From assembly GCA_964415355.1 (NCBI GenBank), contig CAYPYS010000002.1:138475-202474 (forward strand): DNA of 64,000 nucleotides, written 5' to 3'. The notes below the pieces were generated by a model. The model did no database searches. It saw nothing but the letters and a program-made list of their open reading frames with translations, and had not been told where the DNA came from. This DNA is from an uncultured Planctomycetia bacterium (GTDB lineage Bacteria; Omnitrophota; Gorgyraeia; Gorgyraeales; Gorgyraeaceae). A program made the position numbers and the translations under genes. Positions 9,146 through 18,794 of this stretch are shown here, piece by piece (positions within the stretch are counted from its first letter, which is position 1; each line of letters opens with the position of its first letter).

Positions 9146-10852
9146 AAATAGGCCTTTTATTTTTCCGTCCTTGTCGATATCTACTTTTGTGCCGGCTGGT
9201 ACTGACGGTAGTCCCGGCATGGTGCGCATTGTGCCGCAAAGTGGATATAAAAATCCAGCGCCTGCTGATATCCTGACGTCTCTTATGGGTAATGTAAACT
9301 CCGAGGGCCTCCCTTTTAATTTAGGGTCATGCGACAGCGAAAGATGTGTCTTTGCCATATTCATCGGCAGTTTATCATAGCCCTGTTTTGTGTAATAATC
9401 TATTTTCTTTTCAGCTTCCTCGGAATACTCGACATCCTTCGCGCCGTATATTTTTTTTGCTATTCTTTCTATTTTTTCTTTTATAGGAACATCCAAAGGA
9501 TATAAGAATTTAAATTTTGATTTTTGTTCACACATTTTTAATACAGCCTGCGCAAGGTCTTTGCCGCCCTCTCCGCCTTTTTCCCATACGTCGCTTATGA
9601 CTACATCCATTGCCCCTGCTTTTTTGGCAATGTCCTTGATCGCATTTATTTCTTTTTCAGTGTCATATAAAAATCTGTTGATAGCCACTACTACGGGCAC
9701 GTTAAATAGTTTTATGTTTTCAATGTGCTTCACCAAATTTCCAGCACCTTTTACAACGGCTTCGACATTCTCTTTCTTTACAAGATCCATGTCCAATGGC
9801 TTGCCGGGAATTGCCTCAAATCCTCCACCGTGCATCTTTAGGGCTTTTACCGTACACACCAAGACCATGCCGTCCGGAGGCTTAAGGCCCTTGCTTCGAC
9901 ATTTGATATTCGCGAATTTTTCCGCCCCGCAGTCTGCTCCAAAGCCGCTCTCTGTTACGACGTAATCCCCTAGCTTCAGCGCGATCATATCTGCAAGGAC
10001 AGAATTGTTGCCGTGTGCTATATTTGCAAAAGGTCCCGCGTGCATAATACAGGGCGTGTTTTCGGTGGTCTGTATTAAATTTGGCTTAAGCGCGTCTTTT
10101 AAAAGGACTGCCATCGCGCCAGCGCATTTCAAATCTTCAGCAGTGACCGGTTTTCCGTTACGCGCCGTAGCAACGACCATTCTCGCAAGCCTTTTTCTTA
10201 GATCAGTCAGGCTTTCTGCGAGCGCCAATATAGCCATGACCTCACTGGCAACAGTTATATCAAAACCAGTATCTCTTGGTATGCCGTTTTCTTTTCCGCC
10301 AAGGCCTATCTTGATCTGCCGTAATGCCCTGTCGCTGATATCAACACATCGTCGCGTCACTATAGAGTCAGGGTCGATGCCCAGGGCATTTCCTTTTAAT
10401 AAATGGTTGTCTATGAATGCCGCCAATAGATTATTCGCAGCGCCTACTGCATGAATGTCTCCTGTAAAATGGAGATTTATATCCTCCATTGGTAATACCT
10501 GTGAGTAGCCGCCTCCGGCTGCACCACCTTTTATGCCGAAGACAGGTCCCATAGAAGGCTGTCGCAAGGTCGTAATGACTTTTTTCCCGAGCTTAGCGAG
10601 TCCTAGGCTTAACCCTATAGTGGTCACGGTCTTGCCTTCTCCTAAAGGCGTTGGCGTGATCGCGGTGACATCGATATATTTTCCTTGCGATTTATTTTTA
10701 AGACGGTCAAGAATGGAAAGGGATATTTTGGCCTTGTATTTTCCGTAGAACTCTAATTCATCTTCTTTAATGCCGATCTGAGAGGCTATTCCATTGATAG
10801 GTTTTAATTTTGCAGCTTGCGCTATCTCAAGGTCACTAGGAACTTTTTTCAA
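9143..10852 (-). CDS. fhs: Formate--tetrahydrofolate ligase
   Basis: TPTPLGEGKT, IKGGAAGGGY, HAGPFANIAHG, TMPGLP motifs; TTG start after AGGAGG. Confidence 0.97.
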   Translation of the reverse strand: MKKVPSDLEIAQAAKLKPINGIASQIGIKEDELEFYGKYKAKISLSILDRLKNKSQGKYIDVTAITPTPLGEGKTVTTIGLSLGLAKLGKKVITTLRQPSMGPVFGIKGGAAGGGYSQVLPMEDINLHFTGDIHAVGAANNLLAAFIDNHLLKGNALGIDPDSIVTRRCVDISDRALRQIKIGLGGKENGIPRDTGFDITVASEVMAILALAESLTDLRKRLARMVVATARNGKPVTAEDLKCAGAMAVLLKDALKPNLIQTTENTPCIMHAGPFANIAHGNNSVLADMIALKLGDYVVTESGFGADCGAEKFANIKCRSKGLKPPDGMVLVCTVKALKMHGGGFEAIPGKPLDMDLVKKENVEAVVKGAGNLVKHIENIKLFNVPVVVAINRFLYDTEKEINAIKDIAKKAGAMDVVISDVWEKGGEGGKDLAQAVLKMCEQKSKFKFLYPLDVPIKEKIERIAKKIYGAKDVEYSEEAEKKIDYYTKQGYDKLPMNMAKTHLSLSHDPKLKGRPSEFTLPIRDVRISAGAGFLYPLCGTMRTMPGLPSVPAGTKVDIDKDGKIKGLF

Positions 10853-10885
10853 GTCTCACCTCCTGATTTACTCAAGCAAGAGCTT

Positions 10886-10922
10886 TAAGTATACACTTTA
10901 ACATTGTTGAAATGTATACTTA
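10886..10922. repeat. 37-bp palindrome, AGTATAC subfamily; provides yraN stop
   Basis: taagtatacactttaac-att-gttgaaatgtatactta. Confidence 0.95.
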
Positions 10923-11300
10923 ATATTTATATCGTTCATTTAATTCAAAGGCGTTTTTAATGAGCTTGATTTTCGGGCTGTTGCTGTCCACGTCTTCGAC
11001 GCTTACCACGTCAAATTTACAGTTTTTGTTTTCCAGCTTTTTCAGTTTTATATACATCAATGCTGTCTTGGTAATTTGATCTTGCTTTCTTCTGTCAATA
11101 GACTGCTCCGGAAGCCCGAACGCTTTTGAATTTACTGAACGTACCTCAATAAAAGAAATATATCCGTCGTCAGCTATTATGTCTATTTCTCCGTGCCTTG
11201 TCCTGAAATTTTTTTCGATTATATCATACCCTTGACTTCTCAGAAAAGAGGCTGCTATCTCCTCCCCTTTTTTACCAGTCGAAATCCTTTTAAAAGTCAT
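10920..11300 (-). CDS. yraN: YraN family (UPF0102) putative endonuclease
   Basis: GKKGEEIA, GEIDIIA, FIEVR, IKNAF; follows rnhB. Confidence 0.9.
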   Translation of the reverse strand: MTFKRISTGKKGEEIAASFLRSQGYDIIEKNFRTRHGEIDIIADDGYISFIEVRSVNSKAFGLPEQSIDRRKQDQITKTALMYIKLKKLENKNCKFDVVSVEDVDSNSPKIKLIKNAFELNERYKY

Positions 11301-11986
11301 TTCTTCTTCACAGGCGCGAAGCTTTTCCTATGAATCGCGCAAGGGCCGTTCTTTTTCAATGCATCGATGTGCGTTTTTGTCCCATAACCTTTATGTTTTG
11401 AAAAACCGTATTGAGGGAATGTTTTATCATAAGAAATCATTATTCTATCACGCGTGACCTTCGCGATGATAGACGCCGCAGCGATCGAAAGGCTCTTTGA
11501 ATCCCCTTTCAAAATAGGGACTGTTTTGTAAGGGAGGTCCGGGCTCATGTTGCCATCCACAAGCACGCAGACATTTTTCCTTATTTGTTTTTTCTCGCAT
11601 CTATTTAAACGACAAAATTCTTCTACGAGTCTCTCCACGGCTTGCTTCATGGCTGAAAGCGTAGCGACCCTTATATTTTTCTTGTCTATAAAACCGTGTC
11701 CTCTTAGGCCTACTCCAAAAACAGCCTTTCTGGATATCTCGCTAAAGGCCTTTTCCCTTTGTCTGGGAAGCAATTTTTTAGAGTCGTCGATTCTCTCTCC
11801 AAAACGAGGAAAATTAAATCTTTTTAATGGAGATGTTTTAAGGACAACAGCTGCTGCTACTACAGGACCGGCAAGCGGGCCCCGCCCCGCTTCATCTAGA
11901 CCGATGATTACGGCCGCGCCTTCAAGAAATGCCCTCTTTTCACAGAGGAGCATCCTCCTTTTTGTCAAGCGTTTGTTCCTCTTCAA
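11297..11986 (-). CDS. rnhB: Ribonuclease HII (start uncertain, 11986 or 11953)
   Basis: GLDEAGRGPLAGPV, DSKKL, SIAAASIIAKVTRD, HKGYGT. Confidence 0.95.
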   Translation of the reverse strand: MKRNKRLTKRRMLLCEKRAFLEGAAVIIGLDEAGRGPLAGPVVAAAVVLKTSPLKRFNFPRFGERIDDSKKLLPRQREKAFSEISRKAVFGVGLRGHGFIDKKNIRVATLSAMKQAVERLVEEFCRLNRCEKKQIRKNVCVLVDGNMSPDLPYKTVPILKGDSKSLSIAAASIIAKVTRDRIMISYDKTFPQYGFSKHKGYGTKTHIDALKKNGPCAIHRKSFAPVKKK

Positions 11987-12314
11987 TCTTTGTGCGTTTC
12001 CCTATTTTTTTACGCAGATAATATAGCCTGGATCTTCTGACCTTGCCTTTTTTTACGATAGCGACAGAATCTATCGAGGGCGAATGCAGCTGAAAAACCC
12101 TCTCTGCGCCTTCGCCATACGATATGCGCCTCACAGTGAAGGTTTCTCTTGAGCCAGAGCCTTTCCTGGCTATGACTATACCTTCAAAGGCCTGCAGGCG
12201 AGTCTTGTCGCCTTCCTTGATCTTTACGAAGACCTTTACTGTATCCCCGGCTTTAAAATCAGGCATATTCTTCTTTGCAAATTCCTTTTCGAGTTCACGG
12301 ATTTTACTGTTCAT
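11940..12314 (-). CDS. rplS: 50S ribosomal protein L19
   Basis: GDTVKV, RLQAFEG, TFTVRRISYGEG, LYYLR. Confidence 0.97.
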   Translation of the reverse strand: MNSKIRELEKEFAKKNMPDFKAGDTVKVFVKIKEGDKTRLQAFEGIVIARKGSGSRETFTVRRISYGEGAERVFQLHSPSIDSVAIVKKGKVRRSRLYYLRKKIGKRTKIEEEQTLDKKEDAPL

Positions 12315-12323
12315 TTCTCCTCC

Positions 12324-13010
12324 TCATTTAATTAAATCTGGTCTTTTTTTCTTTGTTGCCTTCAGGGACTCTTTTTTTCTCCATTCTTTGATCTTTTCAT
12401 GATCCCCTGACAAAAGTACCTTTGGGACCCCCATGCCTTTATAATCAGCAGGCCTTGTGTATTGCGGGTATTCCAGTAAATTTTTCGAAAAAGATTCTTC
12501 TTGATTAGAATCTTCATTTCCCAGCGCGCCGGGCAAAAGCCTGATAATGCTATCGATCATTACCATGGCAGCGAGCTCTCCGCCTGTCATGACAAAATCA
12601 CCTATCGATATTTCTTCGTCGATCAGATACTCCCTGACTCTCGCGTCAATACCCTCATAATGTCCGCATAGCAAAATCATATGCTCATGCTTGGACATTT
12701 TTTTTGCCAGCTTCTGGTTAAAGGTCGTGCCTTTTGGACTCAGTAAAACAGTCCGGGTCTTTAATCTTTTGTCCTTGGTCTTGCGTCTTATGTAATTTAC
12801 GGCTTCAAAGAACGGCTCGGCGTTCATAACCATGCCCGGTCCGCCGCCAAACGGTTTATTGTCCACTTTTCTATGCTTGTCTTTTGTAAAATCCCTTAAG
12901 TCCACGACGTTTATTTCTGCGACGCCTTTCTTGAGGGCTCGTTTTACAATGGACTCTCCGAGCACAGCATCAAACATCTTTGGAAATATAGTCAATACAT
13001 CTATGCGCAT
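12324..13010 (-). CDS. trmD: tRNA (guanine-N1)-methyltransferase
   Basis: PFGGGPGMV, CGHYEGID, SIGDFVMTGGE. Confidence 0.97.
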   Translation of the reverse strand: MRIDVLTIFPKMFDAVLGESIVKRALKKGVAEINVVDLRDFTKDKHRKVDNKPFGGGPGMVMNAEPFFEAVNYIRRKTKDKRLKTRTVLLSPKGTTFNQKLAKKMSKHEHMILLCGHYEGIDARVREYLIDEEISIGDFVMTGGELAAMVMIDSIIRLLPGALGNEDSNQEESFSKNLLEYPQYTRPADYKGMGVPKVLLSGDHEKIKEWRKKESLKATKKKRPDLIK

Positions 13011-13046
13011 ATTAACTTGCTGTCATTGTGATGCCGATCCGAAACC

Positions 13047-13289
13047 TTATAGCACGCCTTGCTTTTTTAGAAGACTCTTTACGATCTCAGATGGCGTTGC
13101 GCCATTGGATATCCAATATTTCGCGCGCTCCTTATCCACCATGATAAGAGCCGGGTTTTTTGAAGGGTCATAATAGCCGATCTCTTCAATGGTCTTGCCG
13201 TCCCTGGCTCGTTTTTTATCGCACACGACTATCCTCTGATGAGGCTTTTTCTTTGTCCCGAACCTTTTCAATCTGATTCTTACTGCCAC
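13047..13289 (-). CDS. rpsP: 30S ribosomal protein S16
   Basis: AVRIRLKRFG, RDGK.IEEIGYYDP, GATPS; GTG start after AGGAGG. Confidence 0.97.
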   Translation of the reverse strand: MAVRIRLKRFGTKKKPHQRIVVCDKKRARDGKTIEEIGYYDPSKNPALIMVDKERAKYWISNGATPSEIVKSLLKKQGVL

Positions 13290-13303
13290 TTTAATCCCTC
13301 CTT

Positions 13304-13340
13304 TAACTTTACATTTTAACGTTGTTGAAATGTAAAGTTA
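13304..13340. repeat. 37-bp palindrome copy; provides murA stop
   Basis: taactttacattttaac-gtt-gttgaaatgtaaagtta. Confidence 0.95.
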
Positions 13341-14603
13341 TTCTTCTTTTTCTCGTTTTATCTTTGCGCCTAATTGTTCTAGTTTATCTTCGATGCTATG
13401 GTACCCGCGGTCCAGGTGATATATCCTGGATATCTCGGTCGGGCTTTTGGCAACTAGGCCTGCCAACACCAGCGCCGCGCTGGCCCGCAAATCCGACGCC
13501 ATAACAGGAGCCCCGCTTAAACGGGAAACGCCCTTGACTATTGCCCTGGATCCCTCGAGCATGATCTGGGCGCCCATCCTGGCGAGTTCGCCTACATGCA
13601 TAAACCTTTCGGGATAGACCTTTTCGCTGATCACGCTTATACCCTTTGTAACGCACATTAGCGCCATCATTTGCGCCTGCATATCGGTTGGAAAACCAGG
13701 ATACGGCAGAGTGGTCACATCGACCGGCTTCAATGCGTAAGGCCTCCTTACTCTTAACCCGTCTTTTACCTTTGTTACCTTGGCGCCCGCGTTGTGTAAT
13801 TTATCCACTATCGCACCAAGATGTTCTATCTTGGTGTGCTTGATCGTTATGTCTCCGCCAGTAATGGCTGAGGCGACCATGAATGTCCCAGCCTCTATTC
13901 TATCGTATATGACAGAATGTTCTGCGCCGCGAAGAGAAGTTACTCCTTCTATTTCTATGCTAGGCGTATTGTAACCTTTTATCTTGGCGCCCATTTTAAT
14001 TAAAAAATTTGCCAGATCATTTATCTCTGGTTCGCAGGCAGCGCTTTCTATCACAGTCTTTCCTTTTGCGAGCGTCGCAGCCATCATAAGATTTGCGGTT
14101 GCCAATACGCTTGGACCAAAATTTCCGCCTAAGTAAACCCTGCCGCCTTTTAAAGTCTTTGCGTCGGCGACTATATAACCGCGCTGGATCTTTATATCGG
14201 CGCCTATGGAACGCAGCCCTTTTATATGCAAATCAATGGGTCTGGGTCCGATCACGCAACCGCCCGGCATGGAAACCTCGGCATGTTTTAGCTTAGCCAG
14301 AACAGGCCCTAACACGCATATCGATGCCCTCATCGTACTGACAAGTTTATAAGACGCTGTGCAGTTAGAGTAATTACCCGGCTCTACGGTAACAACGTCG
14401 TCTTCCATGTTCACCTTTACGCCCAATGTTCTCATTATCCGGAGCATGGTGTAGACATCTCTGAGCGGCGGCACATTTTTTATTACAGATTTGGACTCCG
14501 TTAAGAGGGTCGCAGCCAGAATTGGTAGCGCCGCGTTCTTTGCCCCGCTTAGATCGACGACCCCTTTTAACTTTGCCCCGCCCTCTACGATAAACTTATC
14601 CAT
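13338..14603 (-). CDS. murA: UDP-N-acetylglucosamine 1-carboxyvinyltransferase
   Basis: GAKNAALP, PGGCVIGPRPIDLH, PGFPTDMQAQ, DLRA, DRGY; ATG 14603 preferred. Confidence 0.97.
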   Translation of the reverse strand: MDKFIVEGGAKLKGVVDLSGAKNAALPILAATLLTESKSVIKNVPPLRDVYTMLRIMRTLGVKVNMEDDVVTVEPGNYSNCTASYKLVSTMRASICVLGPVLAKLKHAEVSMPGGCVIGPRPIDLHIKGLRSIGADIKIQRGYIVADAKTLKGGRVYLGGNFGPSVLATANLMMAATLAKGKTVIESAACEPEINDLANFLIKMGAKIKGYNTPSIEIEGVTSLRGAEHSVIYDRIEAGTFMVASAITGGDITIKHTKIEHLGAIVDKLHNAGAKVTKVKDGLRVRRPYALKPVDVTTLPYPGFPTDMQAQMMALMCVTKGISVISEKVYPERFMHVGELARMGAQIMLEGSRAIVKGVSRLSGAPVMASDLRASAALVLAGLVAKSPTEISRIYHLDRGYHSIEDKLEQLGAKIKREKEE

Positions 14604-14621
14604 GCTAAATTCCACCTAGCC

Positions 14622-14658
14622 TAACTTTACATTTCAACAACGTTAAAGTGTAAACTTA
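14622..14658. repeat. 37-bp palindrome with hybrid arms; encodes the prmC C-terminus
   Basis: taactttacatttcaac-aac-gttaaagtgtaaactta. Confidence 0.94.
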
Positions 14659-15509
14659 GGGCGCAGTTCTACTACCCTGTCTATATTCGAGAAATCCTTT
14701 GTTACCTTATATGTTTCAAATAATCCTGTCGAGTTAAAAATAGCTTTAATGACTTCCGATTGATCGGCCCCTATTTCTATCAATAGCGCCCCATTTTTTC
14801 TTAAATAATGCAAGGCATCACTTGCAATGCGCCTGTAAAAATCAAGGCCATCGTGTCCTCCGTCCAGAGCGACGCGAGGCTCGAATGTAACCTCTTTTTG
14901 CAATACGCCTAATTCATCATTGCGCACGTAAGGAGGGTTGCATACTATTATATCAAATTTGAGATCTTTATCAATCGGTAAGGCCTTAAAAAGATCCCCC
15001 TTGCAAAAGTTAATTCTTTTATCCACGCCATGAATAGAGGCGTTATGACTGGCTGTTTCTAACGCGCTCTGAGAAATATCAGCAGCAAATGTCTTTGCGC
15101 ATGGCAATGACTTGGCGAGGCTGGTCGCTATGTTACCGCTACCTGTGCAGAGGTCAAGTATCTTCATGCTCCGTATATTGTATTCTGCATATCGCAAAAC
15201 TTCTTTTACTAAAACCTCTGTCTCTGGCCTGGGAATAAAAGTGTCCTTGTTCACAATGAAATCCATCCCCATGAATTCTGCGTGGCCGATTATGTATTGA
15301 AGCGGTTCTCCTGATAAGCGTCTTTCTATAAGCGCTTCGCATAACTTAAAAGTCTTATCGTCAACAGCGCCGTTATTCAGGTATAATTCTTCTCTCGCGC
15401 AGTTCAGCGCATGGGACAATAAGACCTCAGCCTCTATCTGCGGAATGCGCACAGAATACCTGTTTATTAGATAAAAAATGTTTTTTTCTGCTCGTAGGGT
15501 TTCTAGCAT
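14643..15509 (-). CDS. prmC: Release factor glutamine methyltransferase
   Basis: EPLQYI, IPRPETE, DLCTGSG, NPPY motifs. Confidence 0.95.
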   Translation of the reverse strand: MLETLRAEKNIFYLINRYSVRIPQIEAEVLLSHALNCAREELYLNNGAVDDKTFKLCEALIERRLSGEPLQYIIGHAEFMGMDFIVNKDTFIPRPETEVLVKEVLRYAEYNIRSMKILDLCTGSGNIATSLAKSLPCAKTFAADISQSALETASHNASIHGVDKRINFCKGDLFKALPIDKDLKFDIIVCNPPYVRNDELGVLQKEVTFEPRVALDGGHDGLDFYRRIASDALHYLRKNGALLIEIGADQSEVIKAIFNSTGLFETYKVTKDFSNIDRVVELRPKFTL

Positions 15510-15516
15510 AATTTTA

Positions 15517-16581
15517 TTATTTCTGCCCCAGCTTTATTTTTTTCTCAGCCAATTTTAAGGCTTCGATGACCTCGTCTATTTCGCCCTCCATGACCCTGTC
15601 CAGTTTATGTATGGTAAAACCTATCCTGTGATCGGTCACCCGCCTGTCGGGGAAATTATAGGTGCGTATCTTTTCGCTGCGGTCGCCTGAGCCTACCTGT
15701 TTTTTTCTGTCGCTTGCCATCTTCTTCTCTTGCTTGCTTCGCAAGCCTTCCAATATTCTCGCCTTTAAGACCTTCATGGCAGCAGCTTTATTTTTATGCT
15801 GCGATCTCTCGTTTTGACATTGCACCACGATGCCTGTGGGAATATGCGTGATCCTCACCGCGGAATCCGTGACATTCACATGTTGACCGCCTGCGCCGCT
15901 AGACCGATATGTGTCGATTCTCAGGTCCTGCGGGTTTATCTGGACGTCCACGTCTTCAGCTTCCGGCAATACAGCGACCGTGACGGCAGAGGTATGTATT
16001 CTGCCAGAGGATTCTGTGCTGGGGACCCTCTGCACTCTATGCACCCCGCTTTCGTATTTTAAATTTTTATACACATCTTTACCTTTTACGGCAAATATAA
16101 CTTCCTTAAAACCGCCTACCTCGGCTATATGGCTATCCAGCACTTCTGTTTTCCAGCCGCGCTTTGCCGCGTATTTCGAATACAGCCTGAACAGGTCACC
16201 TGCGAACAGCGAGGCTTCGTGTCCACCTGTCCCGGCCCTTATTTCCATGATTACGTCTTTGGCTGCGTCAGCATCTTCTTCGATGATCGCCTCTTCCAGG
16301 CCTGTCTCCAGGGCTTTTCTCTTTTTGTCCAGGTCTTCGAGCTCGCTCTTTGCCATCTCGCGCAGTTCTTCGTGCGTCTCTTTCTCTAAAAGCTTTTTCG
16401 CTTCTTCCTCTTCCGAAACTATTTTTTTATACTCTTTGTATTTCGCGACAAGGTCTTCCATTGACGAAAGTTCTTTTGCGAGCTTGCGGCACTTCTCCAG
16501 ATCAGACGCCACCTCATTGTCCGCCAGAAGGACCTTTATCTCTTCGTATCGTTTTAATATAGAATCCAGTTTCTCAAGCAT
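15517..16581 (-). CDS. prfA: Peptide chain release factor 1
   Basis: [22 protein letters not shown]; true start ATG 16581 (the MLKCKV extension is repeat-derived). Confidence 0.96.
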   Translation of the reverse strand: MLEKLDSILKRYEEIKVLLADNEVASDLEKCRKLAKELSSMEDLVAKYKEYKKIVSEEEEAKKLLEKETHEELREMAKSELEDLDKKRKALETGLEEAIIEEDADAAKDVIMEIRAGTGGHEASLFAGDLFRLYSKYAAKRGWKTEVLDSHIAEVGGFKEVIFAVKGKDVYKNLKYESGVHRVQRVPSTESSGRIHTSAVTVAVLPEAEDVDVQINPQDLRIDTYRSSGAGGQHVNVTDSAVRITHIPTGIVVQCQNERSQHKNKAAAMKVLKARILEGLRSKQEKKMASDRKKQVGSGDRSEKIRTYNFPDRRVTDHRIGFTIHKLDRVMEGEIDEVIEALKLAEKKIKLGQK

Positions 16582-16589
16582 AGCTATTC

Positions 16590-16626
16590 TAACTTTACAC
16601 TTCAACAACGTTAAAGTGTAAAGTTA
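16590..16626. repeat. 37-bp palindrome copy, 3 bp after rpmE stop
   Basis: taactttacacttcaac-aac-gttaaagtgtaaagtta. Confidence 0.95.
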
Positions 16627-16629
16627 GGT

Positions 16630-16830
16630 TTATTTTTTCTTGTATTTCTTTAAGAACTTCTCTACCCTGCCGGCAGAATCCACGAATTTCTGCTTGCCCG
16701 TAAAGAACGGGTGGCACTTGGAACATATTTCTACGCGTATGTTCTGTTTAGTAGAGCGCGTGTGTATTACCTCGCCGCAAGCGCAGATAATAGTAGCGTC
16801 TTTGTACTCTGGGTGAGTTTTAGCTTTCAT
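16630..16830 (-). CDS. rpmE: 50S ribosomal protein L31
   Basis: [26 protein letters not shown]. Confidence 0.97.
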   Translation of the reverse strand: MKAKTHPEYKDATIICACGEVIHTRSTKQNIRVEICSKCHPFFTGKQKFVDSAGRVEKFLKKYKKK

Positions 16831-16855
16831 GATCGATCTCCTCCGTATCTTGTCT

Positions 16856-16892
16856 TAACTTTACATTTCAACAATGTTAAAGTGTAAAGTTA
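16856..16892. repeat. 37-bp palindrome copy; provides rho stop
   Basis: taactttacatttcaac-aat-gttaaagtgtaaagtta. Confidence 0.95.
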
Positions 16893-18155
16893 CTTGTTCA
16901 AGGTTTCCAGGAATTCCTCGTTTGTCTTCGTCTTGCTGATCTTATTCAGCAGAAGCTCCATCGCCTCTATGCTGTTCAGCTCATTTAAAACTTTCCTCAT
17001 TATCCATACCCTCTGAAGTTTCTTTTCTTCTAAAAGCAGCTCTTCTTTTCTCGTGTTTGACCGCTTTATATCAATGGCCGGATAGATCCTCCTCTGAAAC
17101 AGGTTTCTGTCCAGTTGGAGTTCCATGTTTCCCGTGCCCTTGAACTCCTCGAATATAACCTCATCCATCCTGCTGCCTGTGTCGACAAGGGCAGTCGCGA
17201 TTATAGTCAAGCTACCGCCTTCTTCTATATTTCTTGCCGCGCCAAAGAATCTCTTTGGTTTGTGCAAAGCGTTCGAATCTACGCCTCCTGAGAGGATCTT
17301 TCCAGAATGAGGCACTACAGTGTTATACGCCCTTGCGAGGCGGGTTATGCTGTCCAGCAGTATCACGACGTCCTTTTTATGCTCGACCAGTCTCTTTGCC
17401 TTTTCGAGCACCATCTCGGCAACCTGGACGTGTCTTTCAGCCGGCTCGTCAAAGGTAGAGCTTATAACCTCGCCTTTTACAGAGCGCTCCATGTCAGTGA
17501 CTTCTTCGGGCCTTTCGTCGATTAAAAGCACCATTATAATGGTATCTGGAAAATTTTCAGAGATACTGTTTGCCACTTTCTGCATGATTATCGTCTTGCC
17601 GCTATAAGGGGGCGCGACGATCGTGCCTCTCTGTCCCTTTCCTATCGGCGTCAAAAGATCCATTATGCGCGTAGTGTTATCTTTTTTCTTTGACTCAAGT
17701 ATATATCTTTCATTTGGATAAATAGGGGTGAGATTATCGAACAATATCTTGTCTTTTGCGGATTCAGGGGATTCAAAATTCACCGCCTCTACCTTTAACA
17801 ATGCAAAGTATTTTTCACCCTCTTTAGGCGGCCTGATCTGCCCGCTTACTGTATCGCCTGTCCTCAAGGAAAACTTTTTAATCTGCGAGGGCGATATGTA
17901 TATATCATCGGGACAAGGCAAATAATTATAATTCGGCGAACGCAAAAACCCAAACCCATCAGGAAGGGTCTCTAGTACTCCCTCGCCGAAAATAAGGCCT
18001 GACCTTTCTGTTTGAGCCTGCAGGACCTTAAAAATAAGGTCTTGCTTCTTGAGCCCGCTTATATTATTTACCTTCATGTCTTTGGCAATCTTATTTAGCT
18101 CTGAAATCTTAAGTGACTTTAATTTCCCGATATCCAATTTTTCGCTTACTGGCAT
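16890..18155 (-). CDS. rho: Transcription termination factor Rho
   Basis: [34 protein letters not shown]. Confidence 0.98.
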   Translation of the reverse strand: MPVSEKLDIGKLKSLKISELNKIAKDMKVNNISGLKKQDLIFKVLQAQTERSGLIFGEGVLETLPDGFGFLRSPNYNYLPCPDDIYISPSQIKKFSLRTGDTVSGQIRPPKEGEKYFALLKVEAVNFESPESAKDKILFDNLTPIYPNERYILESKKKDNTTRIMDLLTPIGKGQRGTIVAPPYSGKTIIMQKVANSISENFPDTIIMVLLIDERPEEVTDMERSVKGEVISSTFDEPAERHVQVAEMVLEKAKRLVEHKKDVVILLDSITRLARAYNTVVPHSGKILSGGVDSNALHKPKRFFGAARNIEEGGSLTIIATALVDTGSRMDEVIFEEFKGTGNMELQLDRNLFQRRIYPAIDIKRSNTRKEELLLEEKKLQRVWIMRKVLNELNSIEAMELLLNKISKTKTNEEFLETLNK

Positions 18156-18742
18156 AGTTCACCCCTGAGTGTTTTCCAGATCTTTCTGACCTGGGTTAAA
18201 GTTGCTTTTTTCGAACCATTATTATCTATGATAAAGTCAGCGAGCGCCAGCTTTTTTTTTAATGGCGCCTGCTTCTTGATTCTGTCCAAGGCCTTTCTCT
18301 TGGTCATGCCTTTTGCCTTGACTATCCTGCGGATTTGCTTGTCCCTTCGCGTCTTTACAACGATCAATCTATCCAGGCTCTTGTGGAATTTTGTTTCGAC
18401 AAGAAGGGGTGCGTCTACAATGACAACGCTGTTTCTCTTCTCCTTTCGAATGATCCTTTTGATCTCCTTTATGGCATGCGGATGAACCAGCTTATTTAAA
18501 AGCTTAAGCTTGGATTTTTCTTTAAAGACTATCTCTCCGAGCTTCTTTCTGTTAATAGTCTTATCCCCAGCCAGCACTTCTTTGCCAAAATACCCGATTA
18601 TTTTTTTGTACACCAATGTATTAGGCCTTATTAATGAATGACAGACCTTGTCAGCATCGATGACTATGCCGCCAAGCCTGGCGAACATTTTCGCGACTTC
18701 TGTCTTACCACTTCCAAAGCTTCCTGTAATGCCTATAACCAT
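18146..18742 (-). CDS. coaE: Dephospho-CoA kinase
   Basis: [30 protein letters not shown]. Confidence 0.94.
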   Translation of the reverse strand: MVIGITGSFGSGKTEVAKMFARLGGIVIDADKVCHSLIRPNTLVYKKIIGYFGKEVLAGDKTINRKKLGEIVFKEKSKLKLLNKLVHPHAIKEIKRIIRKEKRNSVVIVDAPLLVETKFHKSLDRLIVVKTRRDKQIRRIVKAKGMTKRKALDRIKKQAPLKKKLALADFIIDNNGSKKATLTQVRKIWKTLRGELCQ

Positions 18743-18757
18743 TTTGTCTTTATCGTC

Positions 18758-18794
18758 TAACTTTACACTTTAACGTTGTTGAAATGTAAAGTTA
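18758..18794. repeat. 37-bp palindrome copy; provides polA stop
   Basis: taactttacactttaac-gtt-gttgaaatgtaaagtta. Confidence 0.95.
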
